64,000 nt of DNA, taken from assembly GCF_001194135.2 (NCBI RefSeq), contig NC_068984.1, forward strand, positions 137,700,165-137,764,164. Reading direction: 5' to 3'. The notes below the pieces were generated by a model that worked only from the letters and a program-made list of their open reading frames with translations, was not told where the DNA came from and searched no databases. This DNA comes from Octopus bimaculoides. Its lineage: Eukaryota. Within the stretch, counting starts at the first letter, position 1. Every line of letters starts with the position of its first letter. Positions 1 to 11,362 of the stretch are shown here, piece by piece. The position numbers were made by a program, and so were the translations under genes.

Positions 1-245
1 AACTACTAAGTTACAGGGATGTAAACAAACTAACGCTGGTTATCAAGTAGTGATGTAGAACAAACACAGACAGACACAAACACACACATATACACACGAT
101 GGGCTTCTATCAGATTCATTCATAAGGCTTTGGCCAGTCCAAGGCCATAGCAGTTGCACATACCCAAGGGGCTACCCAGTAGGACTGAACCCAGAACCAT
201 TTGGTTAGGAAGGAAGCTTCATGTCACACAGCCATGCCTGTGCCT
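1..245 (-). mobile_element. SINE family B, old diverged copy
   Basis: Degenerate reverse-complement match to the family-B copies at 24256 and 55717 (head CACACAGCCATGCCTGTGCCT, internal CA repeat). Confidence 0.65.
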
Positions 246-289
246 ATATTGTAGATGATTTAATTGGAAAGAAGTGAAACAAAATTGCT

Positions 290-438
290 GAGTGGTTGGG
301 GTCAGGAAGGGCATCCAGCTGTAAAAATCCTGCCAAAACAGTCACAGAAGTCTGGTGCAGGCTTCAGCCTGGCTGACTCTTGTGGTACCATCCGACCCAT
401 GCAAGCATGGAACACAGACGGTAAATGATGATGATGAT
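290..438 (+). mobile_element. SINE family D, 3' part
   Basis: GAGTGGTTGGGGTCAGGAAGGGCATCCAGCTGTA...ACCCATGCAAGCATGGAACACAGACGGTAAATGATGATG; second copy at 1070-1281. Confidence 0.55.
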
Positions 439-1069
439 TTGATGTCCAAGAAAACGTTTTTTTTTTTTCTAATATTTTCTGGAAAGCCTTCCGTTTCTTT
501 TTTTTTTTTCAGGCTATTCTAGATTAAAGGTTAATGTGATTAAATGTATGATCTTTTGCAGATTAAGTATCAGAAAGGAAACACTGATACTGAAGGAAGA
601 GGAATGTAATTCTGACAATTAAGAATTTACTGAAATGTTTAGGAAATGATGTGGGAACCAAAATTGAACGGGTGTAATAATAGGAAGCATGGTGTAGAGT
701 AAGGAAGTCCAGAATTGCGAGAGAACAATGTGAATAGCTTTTCCTGTTAAAGCTATACATTGCCGCTAAAATGCAAAGAACCAAAACACATTCCACAAAG
801 CATTCCTTCCAATGCTCTACCAATTCTGCCAGTCTTTCACCCTAGACTGGTTCTTTATTTGTCAACCTTCTAAGGATGAAAAGCCAAATTAACTTCAAAG
901 GAATATGAACTGCGAGTGTAAAGGCCTGGAACAAATATCACAAGGCATCCGTCCTGATGCTCTAACAATTCCAATCAATTTGTCACCCTTATATAGAATT
1001 CACCTCTTTGCTCTTGTGGACCCTTCCACATAAGAACCTTCCTTCCCTGCTAGCTTGTTAGTAAGCCAG

Positions 1070-1281
1070 CTGGTGACACCCTTGTGCCAGTGACATGTAA
1101 CAGGTACCCACTATGCTCTTGGAGTGGTTGGCCTCTAGGAAAGGAATCCAGCCGTAGAAACCAAACTAGAATCAGAACAGAGCTTGGTACTGCTCTCCAT
1201 CTTACCAGTTCCAGTCAAGCCATCTAACCCATGCCAACATGGAAAACAGACACTAAATGATGCTGATGATGATGATGATGT
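1070..1281 (+). mobile_element. SINE family D, 3' part with (GAT)n tail
   Basis: Shares GAGTGGTTGG..AGGAAxGGxATCCAGC and ACCCATGCxAxCATGGAAxACAGAC..TAAATGATG with 290-438. Confidence 0.55.
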
Positions 1282-1630
1282 AGTTTATTCTGGGTACAGA
1301 AGATATAATTTCTACTTATTCTGTTTCTTCCTATCGACCAATGCTTACTTCATTGCTTGAATAAAACACTGATATTTAATTCATTTTGTATGCAAAACCT
1401 AAACCTAAGAATAAAGCTTTAATAGCAGACAACTTGAAACAAACAGAAAATTTGGTGGTGTTTATGAATTACAAAAAAACTAGAATTAAAACAAAAAAAA
1501 TAAAAATCTTCAAGTTGCAATATTTAGTTCTGAAGTAGCTGTTGATAACAATGAGTAAAGAGATTCTTGCTAGTTCTTAGTGATTTCTTTGGTAAGAAGT
1601 GTGTTATTGTTGTGCCTACTTATCAGTAAC

Positions 1631-1704
1631 TATCCAGAATGGTTCTTATCCAGAATGGTTCTTATCCAGAATGGTTCTTATCCAGAATGGTTCTTATCCA
1701 GAAT
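1631..1704 (+). repeat. 16-bp tandem repeat (TATCCAGAATGGTTCT) x4.6
   Basis: Four perfect copies plus a partial, read directly. Confidence 0.95.
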
Positions 1705-1801
1705 AGCTTGAACAAAATTGATTTGTATTTAAAGATTTCTAAATTTACCTATGAGTCTTCACAATTTATTTAAATTAATTTTTTTCTTTTATTTTGAATA
1801 G

Positions 1802-2022
1802 GTCTACTAATTACAATGTCCCTGATTGTGTTTGGAGTGAAGTCTGAAGATCGACAGTGGATGCCGCGTCCTGACCAGAACTACTTATCCTGGTCCTTTG
1901 GTATTTGTGTACTCTCTGGCTTCTTCTCCCTGTTTGCAGCAATGTGCTTGCTTGTGTCAAGCATCAGTTCATCACGTGATCAGAATGTGGACTCTAAAGC
2001 ACATCGTATGCGACGCTACTAA
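1802..2022 (+). CDS. Last coding exon of an invertebrate claudin / Clc-like (PMP22-claudin superfamily) protein; upstream exons not found in window
   Basis: Polypyrimidine tract and AG acceptor at 1800-1801, phase-1 entry, then LLITMSLIVFGVKSEDRQWMPRPDQNYLSWSFGICVLSGFFSLFAAMCLL...HRMRRY*. The VFG...R.WMP.P..N.LSWSF pattern between TM3 and TM4 is typical of Kune/Megatrachea/Clc-like proteins. Confidence 0.8.
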
Positions 2023-2819
2023 TATGCAAATAACAGTGGGAAAAAAATATAACTCGAAAGACAAATCTAAGTGTTATATTTGCTTCTTTCTAACTTTTCT
2101 AATTTCATAATGTATTTATCTTGGCAGTTTTGTAGACATCTATTTCCTGTTTGCATCAACACCACTCCCAAGATCTGACAAGTTCTGGCAAACCTTTTGT
2201 AAATATATTCTTTTACTGATCTTTTGTATACAAAAATGAAAAATAACTTCATATATTTTTTAATGTTTCATCTTAAAATACAGTAGTATGTTTCAATTTC
2301 AAAGAACCATATTTAACACATATAACCTTAAAAGAAACATCAAACATAGAAACATGGTTGTTTTCTTAATTAATAATTAGAATATTCCTATTAAAACTTA
2401 CATATAGTATTAAATACTTTCAATATTAATTTAGAATTTTTATAATTTAGTATAGATAACAAGGGACTTGTGAGAAAAGGCAAAAGAAGACCAATTATTG
2501 ACTTGTATTGGAAAATCTGTAGACCTGCATTTTAAAAATGTAAATTCTTTTGTATTAGTTTTCTTGATAAATAATCCCCAAGGTTATCAATTAATTAATA
2601 AGTAATTATAGCTAATGATGATCATGGTGTGTGATATATACAATTAAGGTAATTTCATATAGATCACTTCTAATTTAATGTATCTCAGTCATTGGTTTTT
2701 ATTTCATTATAAATGGTGCTTATAATCTAATCAAACAAGTATTGAACTTTATATTATATTTTTTGTCTTAACTATTTTTATATGCTACAATACACAATAC
2801 TCTGACTGTTATATAAATT

Positions 2820-2875
<56 letters not shown>

Positions 2876-3649
2876 ATATGTATGTATATATGTATGTATG
2901 AATAGGTAGTTATAGTTATTAGTCCTTATGGTGAATAAACTCTTATGATTTTGTAATTATATATTTGGTAAATACTTAGCCGTTGATACTTGGATTAAAT
3001 TTTACACAACTCTTTTTGTTAATATTTTAATCTCCTAAAATTAATAGATAGTTTTGTAATAAGGTTCTCTAACACCAGACTTTTAACTATGGAAGACTTT
3101 TAACTATGGAAGACAAAATGTCGGTTATTCACCTTTGTGTTACTTCTTGTCATCTTAGATGAAACAAAAGTAATGCAGTAATGCTGTGATGCATTTATGC
3201 ACGTGTGTGTGTGTGTGTGCATGTTTTGGCAATGATATATAGAAAGAGAGATTAGGTTCCTAAGCTCTGCATGATAAGTAATTTATGACAGAGGAAGTAG
3301 TCTAATAAAATAATTTAATGGAGATTAGACATGCTATTAAAAGACTGCCATCATCTCATAGTTTCCTCTCAACAGGACTTTCTAAATTTCAGTCAGGTCT
3401 TGATGTAAATATATACAATGATTTAAACAAATTACTTTTCTGGTAGATTCAATCCAGACTATTTATATTGTAAGCAAATTCTCTGTCCAAGTACTTGATA
3501 TACACAGCATGGAAACCAAACAATCTGTTGACATTGTTGGCTGCAGACAGATTTTATTCACACATGAAAAGTCATTTTTGTATTGCCTCCATAATAAGAG
3601 TTAGCTTTGTTTGTTTATGTCGTTGAAACGTTGTGTTGTATTATTATTG

Positions 3650-4070
3650 ACCATGCTCTCCGACATGATACATGATGGTAAAAAGATGACAGAATCATGC
3701 ATGTCTGCTGATCTATGGGAAGAAAATCACAATTTATTATCTTGAATTGCATTGATGTATGTGTGTTTTTGGTTGAGTTTTTTGTGATTTTTATTGTAGC
3801 TCTTAGAAATTTGGTTGAACATAATTTAGAGGAGTTTCCTTTGAAGATATTATTAGTGTTGCTCAATAGACATCCATGTTAACATTGTGGCCTTTCCAAT
3901 GATTTCAGACTTGTTTCCATAATCAACACTTTGAAGTTTATATCAACAGATTTTTGTAAATACAGCCATAGGAAACATGCCAAAAATGGAACAACCAAGT
4001 CTGATATAATCTCTCCTTGACCTGTTTCGGAGTGCAGGGATCCCAAATATGAACCAACTTAGGCTGTAGC
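3650..4070 (-). mobile_element. Highly degenerate non-LTR (CR1/L2-like) RT 3' remnant
   Basis: Minus-strand pieces PKLVHIWDPCTPKQVKE and FFP*ISRH resemble the PKLEY..VWDP..Q and FFPRT..WN motifs; many stops. Confidence 0.3.
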
Positions 4071-4944
4071 TAATTGTCTATTCCATTCCATTTACACCAT
4101 CTTAAAAAAAGATGTAGATGTAAAGTGACAATAATGATGATTTTAAAATATTGTTCATCAAGAATTAGATATTTTTGGATAGAATTTCAACAGCTTCATG
4201 CAAAAATTTGGTATTAATTTATAGTAAAATGAAATCGGACAGATGTTTTAGGTTGATGATTAGGATGACAACATTAGATCCATAATAACATTTACATCTA
4301 TATTTTGATATAAAACTCTTTTAATTTCCAGTCTTATATAAAAACATTTTGCCATTTTGGTGCAGATTAAGATTTAAAAAAATTTTTTATTAGTTGTAGC
4401 AGTTTCTTTTTTTACCTCACTTCTTAAAGCATATTTTTTTTGTTTTAAGTAAATTTTCACATTTGATAAAATCTTAATATAGTATATATTCAAAAATATA
4501 CCATATTCCATATCTTTATCCTAAAAAGGAATTGTACTTTTTTGTATAATAAATATATTTTCATTGATTGTTTTTGTGTACTGTTTTCATTTATTCTGCC
4601 TCAGTAAATTTAAGTAAATTAAAAACTGAACTTTTTATTATTGTAGAAGGTGACTGAGATTATTATAAACTGAATGGATAATTTGAAATTTGTGATTTAC
4701 AAATGTTGGTTTTGAATCATCATTATCAACGTTTAATGTCCACTTTTCCATACTTGTATGTAGCAGATTTTTTATGGGTGAGTGCCCTTCCATTGCAAGC
4801 TCTCTCCTGTTTCCAAGCAAGATAATATTTTCCCATAGCCAGACATGTTTTTTTTTTTTTTTTTACAGAAGATTGAAAACAACTTTGTATATATAACAGA
4901 TAAGATCATTTACAACCATCATATGATGCCTAGACAAGGATATG

Positions 4945-5120
4945 CACACACACACGATGGACTTCTGGACTTCTTTCAGTTTCCACCCAACCAAATCCAC
5001 TCACATGGCTTTGGTTGACCCCAGGCTATAGTGGTCACTTGCCCAAGCTACTGCTCAGTAGGAATGAATCCATGACCACATGGTTGTGAAATAAGCTACT
5101 TAAACACAACCAAACCTACA
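4945..5120 (-). mobile_element. SINE family B, degenerate 5' part
   Basis: CTTCTTTCAGTTTCC..CCAAATCCACTCACA..GGCTTTGGT..GGCTATAG..CACTTGCCCAAG matches the family-B reverse complement. Confidence 0.55.
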
Positions 5121-5199
5121 CTTTAATCATGGGGTAATTATAAGGGACTATAAGTAAGTCAGGTTTTTAGGAAGAAGGCCTTTAATGAGGGCTACACAA

Positions 5200-5546
5200 T
5201 TGGTACTTAATTCATCGACTCCTGAAAGGATGAATGGCAAAGTCGACCACGGCGGAATTTGAACCCAGAACGTAAAGACACAAAATACTGCTAAGCATTT
5301 TGCCCGGCGTGCTAACGTTTCCTATTTCTTTATTGCCCACAAGGGGCTAAACATAGAGGGGACAAACAAGGACAGACAAAGGGATTAAGACGATTACATC
5401 GACCCAGTGCGTAACTGGTACTTAATTTATCGACCCCGAAAGGATGACCGGCAAAGGCGATCTCGGCGGAATTTGGACTCTGAACGTAAAGACACGAAAT
5501 ACCGCTAAGCATTTCGCCCGGCGTGCTAACGTTTCTGCCAGCTCGC
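5200..5546 (-). mobile_element. Two adjacent SINE family A copies (tRNA-derived)
   Basis: Reverse complement of head GCGAGCTGGCAGAAACGTTAGCACGCCGGGCGAAATGCTTAGCGGTATTTCG, B-box GTTCAAATTCC and core CATCCTTTCGGGGTCGATAAATTAAGTACCAG. Confidence 0.85.
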
Positions 5547-5771
5547 TGCGCCGCCTTTGTTCTGTCACTCTTACTGTTATTAAAATGAATTTTGCTGCCC
5601 TTAACTAAAGCTATTCAGTACGCCCCAACCAGCGCTGGATTAACCATTAAGCAAAATAAGCACATGCTTAGAGCATCAAGGGAAGAGCAGGGGCACCACA
5701 GAAATGGTAAATGGCTTACGGCACAAAAAAAATCACTTTAAACTTGCTAAAGTAATATTCGGGATGCTAGG

Positions 5772-5985
5772 GGCGGGGAGCTGGCAGAATCGTTAGCACG
5801 CCGGGCGAGATGCTTAGCGGTATTTCGTCTGTCTTTATGTTCTGAGTTCAAATTCCGCCGAGGTCAACTTTGCCTTTCATCCTTTCGGGGTCGATAAATT
5901 AAGTACCAGTTGCGTACTAGGGCTTGATGTCATCGACTGGCCCCCTTCCCCAAAATTTCGGGCCTTGTGCCCAGAGTAGAAAAAT
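5772..5985 (+). mobile_element. SINE family A (short-tail subtype)
   Basis: Full head and core, tail GGCCTTGTGCCCAGAGTAGAAA. Confidence 0.85.
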
Positions 5986-6130
5986 ATATTCTGGATGCTT
6001 TATCTCTACAAATTACAAAAGCGGTTGTGTTAGGTAAGATCATTTTTTTTGGATTTGATCAAATACTTTGAATTGAAAAGGCAGGAGAAAACCTTTCAAA
6101 TATAAATAAAGTGAAGGTATGCAAAAAGAA

Positions 6131-6385
6131 GTGGCGGCGCGTGGCTTAGTGGTTAGGGTGTCGGCATCATGATCGTAAGATTGTGGTTTCGATTCCTGGA
6201 CCGGGCAACGCGTTGTGTTCTTGAGCAAAACACTTTATTTCACGTTGCTCCAGTCCATTCAGCAAGCAAAAATGAGTAACGCTGCGATGGACTGGCGTCC
6301 CGTCCAGCTGGGGAACACATACGCCATAGAAACCGGGAAACTGGGCCCATGATCCTGGTTAGGCTTTAAAAGGGCACATTTATTT
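6131..6385 (+). mobile_element. SINE family E (tRNA head, CORE-like centre)
   Basis: GGCGCGTGGCTTAGTGGTTAGGG..GGTTTCGATTCC (A/B boxes) followed by GTTGTGTTCTTGAGCAAAACACTT; homologs at 18475 and 34300. Confidence 0.8.
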
Positions 6386-8478
6386 TTATATGCAAAAATA
6401 AACATTATTTTTCATCTTACTGTTAGTTTTGTTTCATTTTGAAGAATAAAAAAAATATTTTACGGTTTATCATTGTTTATATTTTAAGTTAAATGTATAT
6501 AAGGGGCACCGAAATCTTCCAAATGCTTAGAGCCTCTATGGGACTTAATACGGCCCTGCGCCCCACCCACGTTTTTCCATACATATCTCCTTTTCCTTAT
6601 ACTTTGTTCTTAGAACTTTGATCACCCTAATCTTTCCTTTTAAAAGCTTGCATATCCACCAAGAGCATCTCTCCTGTTTTTGTTTTCCATTTAATCAATC
6701 TGAAAGAGTTGAAGCAAAGCAACGAAGGCGTTAGCTGTATTCCGTTATCTCAGTAAAGTCTATGAGCATTGCTTTCCCCCAAAGTAACCAAAGGAGAAAA
6801 ACCCTCTAAAATCCTGAACCCCCCACCCCAAAAAAAACAACATAGAAAAAAAAGACGACTTGTAATTCTTTTATGAGTTACAGGTCCATGGGATTAGTTT
6901 TTCAATGTATTAGATGCCATCGGAATATATTTATTGCTAGTGTCGTGACAATATCACGTGTATATACCTACCAGAAAATGATTATAATTTTATTCCTCCA
7001 TTAAAAAGTATAGTTTCATTAAAATATTTGGTACAGCAAAGCAAAAAAGTAATTATTTTGATTGAATATAGTAATGGTAATTTCTTTTTTGGTGATGCGT
7101 TTAGAAATTTGTGGCTGTTATTAAGGAGAAAGATGAAGCTGACGGCGGGGTAGACTTTATTTCAGGTTTCCATTTTGTTCATCCGATAAAACGTGACGAT
7201 ATCATTCAGCATTGGTAGTTAAAATTTATCAAATATCAGAGGGTAAACACTGAGTTTATTTTAGCATCGTGTGCGTTTTAGCTTTTCTTGTTTTTAAAAT
7301 CTCATTTTAAGAGTAGGCGTTGATATGAAAGTTTGAATGTCGCTATGAAATTGTTCATTTTATGCGTGTTTGCCTGTTGATTTTTTGCGTAGTAATCTGC
7401 CTCAGTATTCTCTATATATCTATGGAAGTTGAACATGTATAAATAAGTAATGCTACAGTTTAACTCTTAAAATGTATAACGACTTTCCGTGACTAGCTTC
7501 AGTTGAAATGAATCTGTGCATGGACTTTATGTTGTATCTTGTGTGTATGTGTGTGTGTAAATCTGCCTCTGTGTGTGTATGTATTTATGTATGTATGTAT
7601 GTATGCATGCATACGCTTGCACGTGTGTTTCAATGCAACAGTATATTTGTATATGTACGTGAGTGGTACATCCCTGTGGAAATGTAATGCTCACATTGAG
7701 TTTTACGTGATACATACGCAGTCATTTTTACATTGAAGTCTTGCGACACTGGTTAAGATTATTATTATTATTGTTATTGTTATTATTATTATTTTTATTA
7801 TTATTATTATTATTTCTATTGCAGTTTTGAAAGCTAACAAACTAATTACAAACGAAGAACTATTGTGATGATATCGAAGCATGAAAACAAACAAACAATA
7901 ACGATACATAAAATAGAATATTGTCACGTTCTTAACCCTGACAAAAAAATAAAAACAAAATATATATATTTATAAAAAGAAAGATAACTTTTAGTATTTT
8001 TTTTTTCACTGGAAAACAACTTTTTTATTCCCCTAACTTCGTTGTTATTTCTTATTCATGGAAATGATAAGAAAGAAGAAATATAAACACTAACTCGAAG
8101 TTTCAGAAACATTGGAATAGTTCTTTTCTACAAGCTTCTATTTTTCTGTTTGTTTCCGTTTGTTCGTTTTTCACATATTTTTTTTTCTACTTAAATGTGT
8201 TTATAATGATCCCTTGCCCAACAAAAGCGACAATGCCAGTAGATTGTTGCTTCACAAATAATGCGCAACAGATCACAATGTGACAGTGACTCATAAAATA
8301 TTCACATGTCGTAACTTAAGAGAACTGATAAAGTATGGTCGAAAAAAAAAACAACAACACAAAAAGACTGTCCAAGCTGAGTTTTTACAAGGTTCTTTGC
8401 AAAACGAAATGGGTAAACTGAATTGGCCTGAAATTGTTTACGTAGGACATAAAGGATATGTAGTGGCGCGAAGTTATA

Positions 8479-8552
8479 GCCGCCATTGAGGAAGTACAAT
8501 CTGCGCATGCGCAAGGGACTTCATCACCGGAAGCCCCTCGCGTGCGCATGCG
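8479..8552. promoter_or_regulatory. Housekeeping-type promoter motif cluster (NRF1 x2, ETS/GABP x2, YY1)
   Basis: TGCGCATGCGCA 8502-8513, TGCGCATGCG 8543-8552, ACCGGAAG 8526-8533, GAGGAAGT 8488-8495, GCCGCCATTG 8479-8488, in a local CpG-rich patch. Confidence 0.7.
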
Positions 8553-9243
8553 TAGTAAAACTAGTACTTAATGAGAGTTTCATTTTGTAAGTCAGTTGCG
8601 CGACAACTCCTCGCTCCTCAACGAAGCACTCTTCACCACGATGCCTTCGATGGTGATAGCTCCTTGCTTCTCTGGCAGGCATCAAGGAAGCCCTTAACCT
8701 TCCAATACCAAATTACAACTTAATCAGTGGCTGCTAAGCTGAATGACAGGAATTGTGAAACCAAGCATCATCAAAAAAATAAAACTTATTTTTATTATGT
8801 TGTAAAATTGTTCTAATGTCTCTTCATATATATATAATGCTGTTGAAAGGTGATAGTCTCTATGACAACTATCAAACCATTTACAGATATTATGTTAACA
8901 ATGCAAGGCGTGACCATATGCCTACGAAGCTGCATTGCAACTGCATTTTCGGCTTTGGCTCCACTGCGCAACAACCTTGGGTAAGTGTCTTCTACAATAA
9001 CCTCAGGTCAATGTTTTGTGCATGAATTTGGTAACGATAGGTCAAAGGTCAATTCGTTACTAACATATTAAACCCATAACCTCATATTTTATCCCTTCAA
9101 GTACTGTTGCATAAATGTTTGGGTAGTTGTGTCTGGTCTGTTTGGTTGCTTCGGTTTCATTCTTGAGAAAACACACACACACATACACACAGAGAGGTGT
9201 AGATAAATGTTTTTTTTTTTTTTACCTCAGTTAACTGAAGTAA

Positions 9244-9790
9244 GTGGAGGCGCAATGGCCCAGTGGTTAGGGTAGCGGACTCGCGGTCATAGGATCGCGG
9301 TTTCGATTCCCAGACCGGGCGTTGTGAGTGTTTATTGAGCGAAAACACCTAAAAGCTCCACGAGGCTCCGGNNNNNNNNNNNNNNNNNNNNNNNNNNNNN
9401 NNNNNNNNNNNNNNNNNNNNNNNNNNNNNNNNNNNNNNNNNNNNNNNNNNNNNNNNNNNNNNNNNNNNNNNNNNNNNNNNNNNNNNNNNNNNNNNNNNNN
9501 NNNNNNNNNNNNNNNNAGGGGATGGTGGCGAACCCTGCTGTACTCTTCCACCACAACTTTCTCTCACTCTTACTTCCTGTTTCTGTTGTGCCTGTAATTC
9601 AAAGGGTCAGCCTTGTCATACTGTGTCACGCTGAATATCCCCGAGAACTACGTTAAGGGTACACGTGTCTGTGGAGTGCTCAGCCACTTGCACGTTAATT
9701 TCACGAGCAGGCTGTTCCGTCGATCGGATCAACTGGAACCCTCGACGTCGTAAGCGACGGAGTGCCAACAACAAACAACAACAACAACAA
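9244..9790 (+). mobile_element. SINE family C with internal N-gap and (CAA)n tail
   Basis: GTGGAGGCGCAATGGCCCAGTGGTTAGGG..GGTTTCGATTCCC head; near-identical to copies at 41911, 44771 and 60697. Confidence 0.9.
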
Positions 9791-9908
9791 ACTGCCAGCG
9801 TTATTTATAAAACATTTGCTGTGTGGCTTATACAAAAAATATTCCAGTGTCACTAGTAAGGATTATAATTCCTTAAAAAATTGGTAGGAAAGAATAATGT
9901 GTGGTCTA

Positions 9909-10080
9909 CTGTATTTACTCGTGTATAAGATGCATCCCTAATTTAATGTTAAATCTTGGTATGAAAAAATTTCCCTCCATAGTTTTAGCTTTGCCCCAAG
10001 TTTAAGTTCCATCCCAGTTTTATTTTTCTCAGTTGAAATCAAATTTAAAATAGAGCGACTTACAACACAAGTAAATACGG
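9909..10080. mobile_element. Tc1/mariner-superfamily (Tc2-like) MITE, 172 bp
   Basis: Left TA|CTGTATTTACTCGTGTATAAGATGC; right end reverse-complements to CCGTATTTACTTGTGTTGTAAGTCGC. The CCGTATTT termini are Tc2-like. Confidence 0.55.
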
Positions 10081-10666
10081 TTGTCACACAATTTTCCCAT
10101 ACTGACCTCATTTGTGCGAATTCACCTCCGTTTAATTTTTTAGTGTGTTACTAGTGATGCTGGAAACCGAAACAAGAAAAATAAATAATAAATGAAAGAA
10201 AAGAGAAATTCTTGACATCTCAATCCTTTCACTCGGTGAAACTTCTGTTTGCATTCGGCCATTATCGCTAATAAAGTCAATATGTCTTGATTTCATTGTT
10301 AGGATTATTTTTCATGTGTGTCTTGTTACAAAGAAGCAGTTTTCTCCTATTTCGTTGCAGGTGTCGGTCTTTTCACCATTTTTCGTTTTCTGCATGTTGG
10401 AGATGTGTATCACTTTTGTTGTTGTTGTAGACGTCATTATTTACCAATCTCGGAAGAGAGAAACGAAATACATAAATAATCAAATAATCCTACTTTCTTT
10501 GTTTATTTTGGTGAGAATAAACTCCAACCTTGTTCAAATATCCTGTTGTATATAATCCAAATGGATTAATACAAAAGAGTAGGGTGGGACGAAAGTCTAT
10601 CAAGCTGTACTAAAAAAGTAAAACTCGCCGTGTAAACATTTAAAATGTACAAATAAATCGACAAAT

Positions 10667-10980
10667 ATGTATGTATGTATACATGTATGTATGTATGTGT
10701 GTATGTATGCATATATGTATGTGTGTGTGTATGTATGTATGTATGTATCTATCTATCTATCTATCTATCTGTATATCTTTCATTCTTTCTTTCTGTGTGT
10801 AATATATTGTTATTATTATCATTATTATTATTGTTGTTGTTGTTGTTATATAACATGTAATATATACTATGTATACATGTATGTTTGTATGTATGAATGT
10901 AATATATATTATATATACATGTATGTTTGTATGTATGTATGCATGTATGTATACATATATATATATGTGTGTGTGTAAAA
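10667..10980. repeat. Compound microsatellite (TATG, TATC, ATT, GTT, TA)
   Basis: Direct reading; source of several spurious ORFs. Confidence 0.9.
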
Positions 10981-11362
10981 TACACACATGCATATACATA
11001 TGTACAGTCATGGCCAATGATTTTGGCAAACACCGTTTCCTTTTTGTTATTTCGTGTGAAATATCATGTGAATGTTTATGATTTAATATTATTTTAACAG
11101 GTTATCTATTATCCAATAAGATTTTAAAAGAAAAACTGTTGAAAACCAATAGATATTGCAAATAACCATCAGTTTGCGGAATTGGTTATATTTCCTCCTC
11201 TTCATGAATTCAAGCTGGAATCGCATGCAAGCTAATAATTAATAACCAGAGCAATAGGTAAAGTTATGTATGATGTCATGATCGTTTTATGATTAACTTT
11301 TAATTAATGAATGCTCTTTTTCCTCACAAAAACTTCAAATTTTCTTTTCTTTTATTGCAGGG

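Larger units (their letters stand above)
5630..6558. mobile_element. hAT-like non-autonomous DNA element carrying two nested SINEs
   Basis: Ends CAGCGCTGGATTAA / TTAATACGGCCCTG (14-bp imperfect TIR); flanks CGCCCCAAC and CGCCCCACC (8-9-bp TSD-like); internal ATGCTTAGAGC and GGGGCACC motifs near both ends. Confidence 0.55.

Noticed and set aside
563-823. Upstream claudin exon or 86-aa ORF
   Set aside because: The plus-strand frames after the TTTTGCAG at about 561 close quickly and show no claudin motifs; the listed ORF is antisense and featureless.
6600-6810. Minus-strand exon of the gene implied by the 8480 promoter
   Set aside because: Good acceptors exist, but all frames stop within about 25 codons with no recognisable homology.
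9244-9320. tRNA genes at SINE heads (families A, B, C, E)
   Set aside because: A/B boxes are present but continue into SINE bodies, and I see no complete cloverleaf.
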